A stretch of 64,000 nt of DNA, taken from positions 379-64,378 of the forward strand of contig JAJFUG010000072.1 of the NCBI GenBank assembly GCA_021372515.1. The letters run 5' to 3'. This stretch comes from a bacterium (GTDB lineage: Bacteria; Gemmatimonadota; Glassbacteria; GWA2-58-10). Under the pieces are notes generated by a model. The model ran no database searches. It had not been told where the DNA came from and was given only the letters and a program-made list of their open reading frames with translations. Position 1 is the first letter of the stretch. Each line of letters begins with the position of its first letter. Shown here one piece after another: positions 43,487-52,071 of the stretch. The translations under genes and the position numbers were made by a program.

Positions 43487-44428
43487 ATGAGCGACAAACT
43501 GCAAGCCCCCCCTCCCAAGAACATGGTCCCGCGCGATTTCCTTCTCTCGCCGGAAGCGCACTCGATCCGCAGCGTTGCGGACAGCCTCTACCCGTCCTAC
43601 CTTCGTGCCAGCCTGCGCCGTGGCGACCCGGCCGTGATTGAGCCGATCCCAGTGCTCGACGAGGCGTTCATGAACAGCCACGAGGGCCGCTGGGTGAGGA
43701 TCCTGGCCGAGACGACCTACGCCGAATTCAGCATGCAGAAACACAAGGTGCACCACACGGTGGTGTTTTTCGGCTCGGCCCAGATACCGGAGAAACAGAC
43801 CGCCGCCGACGGGTTACAGAAGGCCCGCGAGCGCGCGGACCAGGGTCAGATCGAGCGCTGGGAGCGGATGCTCGACATTTCGCAGTACTACGATCAGGCG
43901 CGCGAGCTGGCCGCAAAGCTGACCGCCTGGTCCCTGGAGCAGGGCGTGCCGGGCGACCCGCAGCCGTTCGTGATCTGCACAGGCGGAGGGCCCTCGATCA
44001 TGGAGGCGGGCAACCGCGGCGCGGCGGACGTGAACGGCAAATCCATCGGGCTGAACATCTTCCTGCCCCACGAGCAGTCCTCCAACCCCTATATCAGCCC
44101 GGAGCTGGATTTCCATTTCCACTACTTTTTCACCCGCAAGTTCCATTTCCTCTACCGGGCCAAGGCCCTGGTGGTGTTCCCGGGCGGTTACGGCAGCCTG
44201 GACGAGATGTTCGAGGTGCTCAACCTGATCAAAACCCGCAAGATAGTCAAGTCGATGGCCGTGGTGCTGTTCGGCAGCCGGTTCTGGAAACGGGTGATCG
44301 ATTTTCAGTACATGGCCGACTGCGGGGTGATCCACCCGGATGACCTGGAAGCTTTCAGCTACGCGGACACGGTCGAGGAGGCGCTCAAGCGCCTGACCCG
44401 ACACCTGCAGAAATACCTCAACCGGTGA
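43487..44428 (+). CDS. LOG-family (TIGR00730) nucleotide-binding/hydrolase protein with an N-terminal extension of about 85 aa.
   Basis: TVVFFGSA...CTGGGPSIMEAGNRGA...VFPGGYGSLDEMFE are the LOG signature motifs. Track ORF of 313 aa. Confidence 0.8.
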   Translation: MSDKLQAPPPKNMVPRDFLLSPEAHSIRSVADSLYPSYLRASLRRGDPAVIEPIPVLDEAFMNSHEGRWVRILAETTYAEFSMQKHKVHHTVVFFGSAQIPEKQTAADGLQKARERADQGQIERWERMLDISQYYDQARELAAKLTAWSLEQGVPGDPQPFVICTGGGPSIMEAGNRGAADVNGKSIGLNIFLPHEQSSNPYISPELDFHFHYFFTRKFHFLYRAKALVVFPGGYGSLDEMFEVLNLIKTRKIVKSMAVVLFGSRFWKRVIDFQYMADCGVIHPDDLEAFSYADTVEEALKRLTRHLQKYLNR

Positions 44429-44462
44429 GGCCGCCCCGGTCTGACAGCGGAGGGAATTAAAC

Positions 44463-44819
44463 ATGCGCTGCAAGCAGATCCTGAAGCAGACTCAGGGTGA
44501 GGTCGCCGAGGTGGAACTGGACGGGCTGCGCTGCAGCCGGGCCGGAATCTGCCGCCGCAAGGGCATTTGCGCGCTCTCGCCCTGGGCGCGTCCCGAACTG
44601 GTGCCGCTGGACGAGGAGAACGCCCCGGCCGGCACTGACAACGCCTCGGAGCTTGCCTGCCCCACCTCGTACGAGGTGCTCAAGTTCAAGTATTCACTGG
44701 GCTTCCACTGGGTGCGGATGGAGAATTTCGAGGAGGCGGTGCGCCTGATCGACAACCAGCCGGTGGAGGAGCAGCCGCGCATAATCCGACGTATCGAATA
44801 TTTCAAGCTGCCGGAGTAG
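44463..44819 (+). CDS. Hypothetical protein, second gene of the LOG operon.
   Basis: Track ORF of 118 aa, 34 nt downstream of the LOG gene. Confidence 0.5.
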   Translation: MRCKQILKQTQGEVAEVELDGLRCSRAGICRRKGICALSPWARPELVPLDEENAPAGTDNASELACPTSYEVLKFKYSLGFHWVRMENFEEAVRLIDNQPVEEQPRIIRRIEYFKLPE

Positions 44820-44823
44820 GCCG

Positions 44824-45138
44824 ATGTCCGTGCGTGATCCGATGACCGCCAGGCTGCTGGCCGACAGGATGGTCGGCTCGTTTTTCGACGGGCTGAGCGA
44901 GGTCGAACGCCTGCAGATCGCTTTCGGCGGCGGGCGGGCCAGCCAGTCCACCGCGTTTTCGATGCTCGCCTACACCCTGAATGTGTACCTGGCCGAGCTT
45001 TCTTTGCCCGAGGAACAGGGGCGGGAGTTCTTCCAAGCGGCGATCCAGAAAAAAATCCAGCAACTGCGCCAGTCCGCCCGGCCCGAAAAAGCCTCCGGCG
45101 GCAGCGCCGCCACGGAGAGGGACGATGAAACGACGTGA
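44824..45138 (+). CDS. Hypothetical protein, third gene of the LOG operon.
   Basis: Track ORF of 104 aa that starts 4 nt after the upstream stop. Confidence 0.45.
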   Translation: MSVRDPMTARLLADRMVGSFFDGLSEVERLQIAFGGGRASQSTAFSMLAYTLNVYLAELSLPEEQGREFFQAAIQKKIQQLRQSARPEKASGGSAATERDDETT

Positions 45139-46063
45139 TTTCCTTTACGGCCTGCCCGCCGCGCTGGGCGCCGCAGCCCTGCTCGGCCGGGCCGGGAACG
45201 CCCAGGCGGCCTGGCTGTCGCATTTCGCCCTGGGGGCGATCAGCGACGAGATCGACCCGGACGTGGAGAAAGCCTTCACTTTCCTGCGCCAGTTCGGGCT
45301 GGGCTGGGTCGAGATACGGGATGTCTGGGGCGCCTATGTGACCGACATCGACAGCGCCACCCTGGAGCGGCTCAAGGGCGTGATCGACTCCAGCGGCCTC
45401 AGGGTCTCGGTGGTGGACACGGCCCTGTTCAAGACCACTCTGCCCGGCACGCACCCCGACCAGGGCCAGAGCGACCAGTACCCCTACGCGGTGCAGTTCG
45501 ACCTGCTCAAGCGCGCGGTGGAAAAGGCCGTGGCCCTGCAGGCGCCGTACCTGCGGATTTTCGATTTCTGGCGCTGCCGCGAGCAGAACCGGATCATGGA
45601 CGAGGTCTGCGAGCACCTGGACCGGGCCATCGAGATCGCCCGTCCCGCCGGGGTGCGCCTTCTGGTGGAGAACGAATACTCCTGCCACACCGGCACCGGG
45701 GCCGAGATGGCCGGCCTGCAGAAAAAGATCAACCACCCTTACCTGGGTTTCATCTGGGACCCGATGAATTGTCTTGTCGCCGGGGTGGACCCCTATCCGG
45801 CCGAGTACGACAAGCTGGACAAGGCCCGTGTGTTCCACGTGCACATCAAGGACGCGCTCAAGGACCCGTCCGAGGGACGCTACAAGGCGGTGCGGGTGGG
45901 AGCGGGCCAGGTGGACTGGGTCGGCCAGTTCCGGGCGCTGCTGGTTGACGGGTTCCGGGGCACGCTCAGCCTGGAGACCCATTACAACGGGGCGGACGGC
46001 ACCCGGCGTTCGGCCAGCCTGGAGTCGATGACCTCGATCTTCGAGCTGATAAAAAAAGCCTGA
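45125..46063 (+). CDS. TAT-signal sugar-phosphate isomerase/epimerase (xylose-isomerase-like TIM barrel).
   Basis: MKRRDFLYGLPAALGAAALLG is a twin-arginine signal. Track ORF 44981..46063 with the internal start at 45125. TIM-barrel motifs FHVHIKD and LSLE are present. Confidence 0.8.
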   Translation: MKRRDFLYGLPAALGAAALLGRAGNAQAAWLSHFALGAISDEIDPDVEKAFTFLRQFGLGWVEIRDVWGAYVTDIDSATLERLKGVIDSSGLRVSVVDTALFKTTLPGTHPDQGQSDQYPYAVQFDLLKRAVEKAVALQAPYLRIFDFWRCREQNRIMDEVCEHLDRAIEIARPAGVRLLVENEYSCHTGTGAEMAGLQKKINHPYLGFIWDPMNCLVAGVDPYPAEYDKLDKARVFHVHIKDALKDPSEGRYKAVRVGAGQVDWVGQFRALLVDGFRGTLSLETHYNGADGTRRSASLESMTSIFELIKKA

Positions 46064-46117
46064 GGCGGACGGCCGGAACAGGTTTGCCGATGGAATTGCT
46101 ATGTTTGGTGTAGTGGC

Positions 46118-46137
46118 ACGGTGCACCGTGCCCTAAA
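46118..46137. repeat. Palindrome family A (GGCACGG tgca CCGTGCC) 3' of the TIM-barrel gene.
   Basis: Same core as at 31292. Confidence 0.6.
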
Positions 46138-46487
46138 AAGCATTTTGTTCTCTTAGTTACGGCACAGAGAACCAGAAACCATTGGGGGGCCGTAAACTCG
46201 CCCGATCCCTTTGAGTTTTCCCTCCTGCGGTGTGCAAGGAGCTTTTGCACGCTGCCTTGGGTGCGGGGCGCCGCTGGCGCTGATTGCCCACCGGGCCTGG
46301 GCGGCTGGATTCGCCTTCGATGTGCCCGGCGCTTTTTCTCCGCTCCCCCGGTACGGCTCGGACATACGGCCCCCTGCGTCCCTGCGGGCCGCTCATGGGA
46401 TTCAAGCCTTCGATGGGGATGTAATCCATCAAATCGCGTACGCTGCGCCGTGCCCCGGCATTGTCCCGCCATTCCCCTGGAAAACAA

Positions 46488-46520
46488 AGAGGGGCGGGTT
46501 ATAAACCCGCCCCTACGTTT
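46488..46520. terminator. Palindrome family B (AGGGGCGGGTT ataa ACCCGCCCCT) with T-runs on both sides; a bidirectional terminator.
   Basis: gAGGGGCGGGTTATAAACCCGCCCCTacgttttta, and the reverse complement is followed by ctttgtttt. Confidence 0.6.
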
Positions 46521-46544
46521 TTATCCTCATTGATCAGTCAGCTT

Positions 46545-46907
46545 TCAGCGCACGCCCGGGTCCACCTCCCACAGCCCGAACCGGTTGCCGTCCTGGTCCT
46601 CCAGGATGGCGAAACGCCCCATGCCCGGCACGAGCGTCTCAGGGACAATCACCTTGGCCCCCAGGCCCGTGGCTTTCAGGACATAGGCCTTGAGCGAGTC
46701 CACGGAGATGTAGTTCATCCAGCGGTGCCCGGGGTTCTGGCGTCCCAGCAGGCCGCCGGAGGGGCCCTGCCCGCCGGTCTTGATCTGCCAGTAGGGACTG
46801 TCCCCCAGGCTCAGCTCCTGGAATGTCCAGCCGAACAGCTCGCCGTAGAACTCCCGCGCCCGGTCTACCGAGTCGCTCGGTATCTCGAAATGGCAGATAT
46901 CCGGCAT
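46545..46907 (-). CDS. VOC-family (glyoxalase/bleomycin-resistance fold) protein.
   Basis: Track ORF of 120 aa, MPDICHFEIPSDSVDRAREFYGELFGW.... Confidence 0.85.
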   Translation of the reverse strand: MPDICHFEIPSDSVDRAREFYGELFGWTFQELSLGDSPYWQIKTGGQGPSGGLLGRQNPGHRWMNYISVDSLKAYVLKATGLGAKVIVPETLVPGMGRFAILEDQDGNRFGLWEVDPGVR

Positions 46908-46969
46908 GCTCCGCTCTCCTTGTCCATTGGGGGCCGCGCGCGCTGATGCCTGCCGCAGGCGGTCCGGGT

Positions 46970-48169
46970 TTATTTGTCAGTGGCGAAGGTGGTGAAGTTT
47001 TTCACCCCCCAGCCCTGGACTGCCAACTGCGGGATGTGGAAATTGTGGTGCACTCCGGCGAAAGCCTGGGCGTTGGGGCCCCAGGCCAGAAGCGGCACCG
47101 CGCCGCCGGTGTGGTCGCCGTGGGTCCAGCCGGCGGTGATCGTACCCTCTTTCTCGTTGGCCTCGTTGATCGCCAGGCCGCCGGTCTCGTGGTCCGCGGT
47201 CACCAGCACCAGCGTGCTCCCGTCCTTCCCGGCGAAAGCCACGGCCTTGGCCACGGCGCGGTCGAAATCGAGCGTCTCATCCACGTTGCCCTGCAGGTTA
47301 TTGGCGTGGCCCTCCCAGTCGATCTGGCTGCCCTCGACCATCAGGAAAAAGCCTTTCTGGTTGCGGCTGAGCACCTTGATCGCGTCCTCGACCATCTCGG
47401 GCAGGGGAATCTCGCGCTGCGGGGCCTTGGCCATGTGCATCGGGACAAACAGGCCGGCCACGGACTGCACCTTGTTCAGGTCGAGGGCGCGGAACTGTTC
47501 CACCGTGGTGACCACGGTCATGCCGCGCTTGCGCATGGCGGCCAGCAGGTCGAGATCGTCATCGCGAAAACTTTCCCGGTCCGAGGCGGGCAGGAAATAG
47601 CCGCGTCCTCCGCCCAGAAGCACATCCACCGGGGCGACGCTGATCTGGCGGGCGATCTCCCACTCGTTGACCCGGCTCCTCACGTGGGCCAGGAAATCGG
47701 CGGGCGTGGCGTGGGTCACCGAGCAGGTCACCACCACGCCGGTGCTCTTGCCCAGGCTTTTGGCCAGCTCCAGGATGGTCTTTACCGGACGGCCGTCCTT
47801 GTCCGCGCCGATCCGTCCGTTGGTGGTGCGCAGACCGCAGGAGATGGCTGTGCCACCCGCGCCGGAATCGGTGATGAAATCATCGCTCAGCGACCAGGTG
47901 AGCGACTGGCCCAGGGCCTGCGGGCTGTCCATGGTGAGCCCGGCCCCGCGGCCGAACGAGGCGGCGCGCGCCGCGCCCACGGCGTTGAACCCCATCCCGT
48001 CGCCGATCAAAATGATAATGTTCTTTACCGGTTTCACGTTCTGGATCGCGGTGGCATCCCCCACCTGGGCGAAAGAGGATATCTTGACGGTGTCGTTCTG
48101 GTCGGCGGCGTACACGTGCAGGGACAGGGCCAGCAACGCCACCAGGGCCAGGTGCAGGTATCTTTTCAT
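46970..48169 (-). CDS. phoA: Alkaline phosphatase (PhoA family), tandem paralog 1.
   Basis: Track ORF of 399 aa with a signal peptide and the motifs DGMG, DSGAGGTA and TGVVVTCSVTHATPA. Confidence 0.9.
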   Translation of the reverse strand: MKRYLHLALVALLALSLHVYAADQNDTVKISSFAQVGDATAIQNVKPVKNIIILIGDGMGFNAVGAARAASFGRGAGLTMDSPQALGQSLTWSLSDDFITDSGAGGTAISCGLRTTNGRIGADKDGRPVKTILELAKSLGKSTGVVVTCSVTHATPADFLAHVRSRVNEWEIARQISVAPVDVLLGGGRGYFLPASDRESFRDDDLDLLAAMRKRGMTVVTTVEQFRALDLNKVQSVAGLFVPMHMAKAPQREIPLPEMVEDAIKVLSRNQKGFFLMVEGSQIDWEGHANNLQGNVDETLDFDRAVAKAVAFAGKDGSTLVLVTADHETGGLAINEANEKEGTITAGWTHGDHTGGAVPLLAWGPNAQAFAGVHHNFHIPQLAVQGWGVKNFTTFATDK

Positions 48170-48356
48170 TTTGCGGTCTCCGTTTTGAGATTGGCATGAT
48201 TGAGAAAAAATATCAAAGAAACCATTTTAGGACAATATAGGGGACTGTCGGCGTGCCAGTCAACCGAAAATGGCGGGTTGCGCGTTTGAAATGCAAAAGA
48301 AAACGCGCCGCACCGGAGGCGGTGCGGCGCGCTGCGGATTCAGATGCGGTCCGGGG

Positions 48357-49556
48357 TCATTTGTCGGTAGCGAAGGAGGCGAAGTTTTTCACCCCCCAGC
48401 CCTGAACAGCCAGTTGCGGAACGTGGAAATTGTGGTGCAGCCCGGCGAACGCCTGCGCGTTCGGCCCGTAGGCCAGCAGCGGGACCACGCTGCCGGTGTG
48501 CTCGGGTCCGGTCCAGCCGGCGGTCATGGTGCCGTCCGTTTCATTGGTTTCGGTCAGCGACAGCCCGCCGGTTTCGTGGTCGGCGGTGACTACGACCAGC
48601 GTGTTGCCGTCCTTTTCGGCGAAATCGACCGCCTTGGCCACGGCCCGGTCAAAATCGAGCGTTTCATCCACCACGTACTGAAGGTCGTTCCCGTGGCCGC
48701 CCCCGTCGATCTGGCTGCCCTCGACCATCAGGAAGAAGCCCTTGGGATTGCGGCTGAGCAGTTGCAGCGCCCCGGCGACCATATCGGGCAGGGGGGTGTC
48801 GCGCTTCGTGGCGGAGCGCATGTTGTAGGGGGCGAAAAACCCGGCCACGGCTTTGGCCTTGCCGAAATCCGTCGCCTTGAGCTCATCCGCCGTGGTCAAC
48901 ACGCTGTAGCCGCGTTTGCGCAACACTTCCAGCAGGTCCGTCTCGTCATCGCGGCGGCTGCGTTTGTCCGAGGCGGGCAGGAAGAACTCGATCCCTCCGC
49001 CCAGCATCACATCCGCGGGCGCGGCGCATATCTGGCGTGCGATCTCCCACTCGTTCGAGCGGTTTTTCACGTGCGCCAGAAAACAGGCCGGCGTGGCGTG
49101 GGTTATCGAGCAGGTGACCACCACACCGGTGCTCTTGCCCATGGATCTGGCCAGCTCCAGGATGTTTTTCAACGGCCGGGCGTCCCTGTCCTCGCCGATC
49201 CGTCCGTTGAGGGTGCGCAGGCCGCAGGCCAGTGCGGTGCCGCCGGCGCCGGAGTCGGTGATGAAATCATCGCTCAGAGACCAGGTGATCGACTGCCCCA
49301 GGGCCGGCAGGCGGTCCAGGGTCAGGCCGAGGCCGCGCCCGTAGAGGGCCGTGCGGGCGGCGCCGACCTCGTTGATCCCCATCCCGTCACCGATCATGAT
49401 GATTATGTTTTTGACCGGCTTTACGTTCTGGATGGCCGCGGCATCCGCAGCCTGTGTAAAGTCGGCGATCTTGACCGTATCGTTCTGGTCTGCGGCGTAC
49501 ACGGGCAGCGAAAGCATCAGCAGAGCGGCAAGAGCCAGATGCAGCAGTCTTTTCAT
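48357..49556 (-). CDS. phoA: Alkaline phosphatase (PhoA family), tandem paralog 2.
   Basis: Track ORF of 399 aa, about 70% identical to the neighbouring copy. Confidence 0.9.
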   Translation of the reverse strand: MKRLLHLALAALLMLSLPVYAADQNDTVKIADFTQAADAAAIQNVKPVKNIIIMIGDGMGINEVGAARTALYGRGLGLTLDRLPALGQSITWSLSDDFITDSGAGGTALACGLRTLNGRIGEDRDARPLKNILELARSMGKSTGVVVTCSITHATPACFLAHVKNRSNEWEIARQICAAPADVMLGGGIEFFLPASDKRSRRDDETDLLEVLRKRGYSVLTTADELKATDFGKAKAVAGFFAPYNMRSATKRDTPLPDMVAGALQLLSRNPKGFFLMVEGSQIDGGGHGNDLQYVVDETLDFDRAVAKAVDFAEKDGNTLVVVTADHETGGLSLTETNETDGTMTAGWTGPEHTGSVVPLLAYGPNAQAFAGLHHNFHVPQLAVQGWGVKNFASFATDK

Positions 49557-49730
49557 TTCTCGGTCTCCATCTGAAAGATGGCAGTTGAAAAATCATGACA
49601 AACGGAGTACAGGGTCAACCTCATTCTTCAAGTGTATGGGACGGGAAAGAAAGCGCGCCGCACCCGGGGGGCGACGCGCACAGTCGAAACCGACAGCCGG
49701 AACTTCGGTGTTCTGTCAGAGGCCTGTGTT

Positions 49731-50708
49731 TTAGACCAGCGGCTTGACCGCGAAACGGAACTGCGGCACGTGGTCGTCCGGCGAGAACTCATAGAGCCAC
49801 TGGTTGCCCGGGGCAAGCGGCATGTAATCCATCAAGGCCGCGCCGCCCAGCTCGAGGTTAGCGCCGCTGTAGCCCAGCAGCGCCCCGGCGGCCTCCTGCC
49901 CGAACGCCGTGACCAGGTGGTAGTAGATTATCCCGATGTTGGGGGCCAGGTAGGCCTGGATGTGGCCCTGTCCCTCGTTGGCCTTGCCCTCGATCATGAT
50001 CACGTCGTTGAACTGCCCCAGCGACTTGCCGCTGGCGGTCAGTTGGGCCGGGCCGATATAGTGGATGCTGTAGCCGAACACCTCGACAAATTCGTTCCCG
50101 CTGCCGTTGCTCACATAGACCGGGTCGCCGGTCCATTTGCGGGTGGTGTCGGTGGGGAAGGCGATGTAGGGCTCGCTCAGCAGGGTGAGCATCAGGTCGG
50201 TGGCGAAACCGTTGAAAGTGCTGCGCACCGAGTACTGGATGAAACGGTTCACGCGGATGAAATTCATCGAGCCGGAGGAGGTCTCGCGCAGCCCCTCCCA
50301 GTCGAAAGTATCCCGGTGCCGCAGCCAGCCGGACTGCTTGATGAACTCAACCGCTCCGGCCAGGTTCTCGTAGTTGGCCTCGTTCTGGTTGTTGCCCCGG
50401 AACAGGTAGCCCGAGTTGGAGGTCCAGAACGGCTCCACGGCGAAAGAGAGCTCGAGGCCCTGGCTGGCGCTGGTGGTCGGGGTGACCTCGCGCAGCGTTC
50501 CGTCTGCCTTGACCAGCTTGAACCCGGAGGCCAGGGTGATCGGGTTTCCGCTGCCGTCCAGGAAATTGTCCCACCAGTGCTCCGCGGAGAGGTCGTCGCC
50601 GGGGGTGACAGTCCCGCCGCCGCCGTCCTTGCCGCAGCCGGAGGCGCCCGCCAGTAGTGCGATCAGAACAAAAGAGGCCAGGCTTATCGGGAAATGCGCT
50701 TTCTTCAC
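49731..50708 (-). CDS. Hypothetical lipoprotein.
   Basis: Track ORF of 325 aa with signal peptide and lipobox LLAGASGCG. Confidence 0.6.
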   Translation of the reverse strand: MKKAHFPISLASFVLIALLAGASGCGKDGGGGTVTPGDDLSAEHWWDNFLDGSGNPITLASGFKLVKADGTLREVTPTTSASQGLELSFAVEPFWTSNSGYLFRGNNQNEANYENLAGAVEFIKQSGWLRHRDTFDWEGLRETSSGSMNFIRVNRFIQYSVRSTFNGFATDLMLTLLSEPYIAFPTDTTRKWTGDPVYVSNGSGNEFVEVFGYSIHYIGPAQLTASGKSLGQFNDVIMIEGKANEGQGHIQAYLAPNIGIIYYHLVTAFGQEAAGALLGYSGANLELGGAALMDYMPLAPGNQWLYEFSPDDHVPQFRFAVKPLV

Positions 50709-50844
50709 CTTATCTCCTCTTAGAATATTTGGCGTTGCATCAGTTCAATTATCCTTACATTCGCTTCGGGCCTGCGTACAGCCCACGGCCGTGCCGGGTC
50801 GACAACTCAGGTGACAGGTGCTCGGGCTCCTATGGCTGCCGGTT

Positions 50845-51729
50845 TTACAAACGGTCCTGGTAGGCCAGGAAAAGCGCCCGGTAATATTTCATCAGGCGGA
50901 CCGGGTCGGCGCTTTCGGGTATCTCGGCGCAGCAGTAGCCCTTGTAGCCGGAGCTTTTCAGCAGGCCGAACAGCTTGCGCCAGGGGTAGTCCTCGATGTA
51001 CAGGTCGCGCATGTGCACGAAATGTATCCGTCCGGCCACCAGCGAGAAATTGTGCTCCAGCCCGCCGTCGTCCAGGTCCGTCTCGTTGCAGTTCCAACAG
51101 ACATATACATTCGGACTGGTGGTCTGTTCCATGATCGGGTGGTAGACCGGGAAGCTGCTGGTCTGGGGTCCGTGCACCTCGACCCGCACCTCCACGCCCA
51201 GGTCGGCGCCGAAAGAGCCGACCTCATCCAGGCTGCGGGCTATCTGGGCGATCGTTTTCTCGCGCGGCACGCCCTCTTTCTCGTGGAGGCCGTTGGGCCG
51301 CACCTTGACCCCGTCGCAGCCCAGGTCCGCGGCCAGCTTCAGGTATTCCTTGGTCCCCTCGATATTGCTCTTCAGCTCCGCCGGGTCGAGCGCGTGGAAC
51401 TCGAAAGCGCTGCCCAGGCTGGCCAGGCGCACCGGCGAGTCCTCGAAACGCTTGCGCACCTCGGCGCGCCGGGCGGCGCTCAGGCCCACCTCCACGCCGT
51501 GGGCGTGGGTGGTGCGCAGCTCCACCGCGGAGAACCGGGCCTCGGTGCAGTTGGCGATGATAGTGGGGACATCCCAGTCCTTGGCCAGGTTGTAGGTGAC
51601 CAAACCCACGCTGGGCCCCTCGCCCGAGGGGTCCTCGTAGCGCGCGCTCAGCTCGGCGGCCGAAAGTCCGAGCAGGGCCGGGGTGCAGGCGGCCGCCCCG
51701 ATGAAACGCCGACGGTTAATACCGGCCAT
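50845..51729 (-). CDS. TAT-signal sugar-phosphate isomerase/epimerase (xylose-isomerase-like TIM barrel), the second copy in the window.
   Basis: MAGINRRRFIGAAACTPALLGLSAAEL is a twin-arginine signal. Track ORF of 294 aa. Confidence 0.8.
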   Translation of the reverse strand: MAGINRRRFIGAAACTPALLGLSAAELSARYEDPSGEGPSVGLVTYNLAKDWDVPTIIANCTEARFSAVELRTTHAHGVEVGLSAARRAEVRKRFEDSPVRLASLGSAFEFHALDPAELKSNIEGTKEYLKLAADLGCDGVKVRPNGLHEKEGVPREKTIAQIARSLDEVGSFGADLGVEVRVEVHGPQTSSFPVYHPIMEQTTSPNVYVCWNCNETDLDDGGLEHNFSLVAGRIHFVHMRDLYIEDYPWRKLFGLLKSSGYKGYCCAEIPESADPVRLMKYYRALFLAYQDRL

Positions 51730-51831
51730 TTTGTGTTTGCCTCCGGATTAAGGGTGCGATTTGAAGGAATATTACTCCACAGACCGCGCAGCCACAAGAG
51801 AAAACGAGAGGCCGTCATCCCGGCAGGCAGG

Positions 51832-51877
51832 TTGATACCGATTTATCAATATGCAAATAAATGTATAAATCTGCATA
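51832..51877. promoter_or_regulatory. Two AT-rich inverted repeats in the divergent promoter region: TTGATA-N6-TATCAA and TATGCA-N16-TGCATA.
   Basis: ggTTGATAccgattTATCAAtATGCAaataaatgtataaatcTGCATaatt. Confidence 0.3.
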
Positions 51878-52071
51878 ATTTCACACCCTGCGGATCGAGC
51901 CGTAAACCCGTGCCGACGCAGGGCCCTCCGGTCCGTGCACCCTGTGCCGCCTGCGCCGCGCCGACTTGATTTTTGTTTTCCAGAACGTTACATCTAAGAA
52001 GGACCGGTTGGTAAATACAGGCGCGGTGAGCGCCTGTTGAATTTTATGCCGATTGCTGAATAATCCGCACC

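Noticed and set aside
46823-49574. + strand ORFs of 458 and 434 aa
   Set aside because: Antisense to the two alkaline phosphatase genes.
50818-51969. 383-aa + strand ORF
   Set aside because: Antisense to the TAT TIM-barrel gene.
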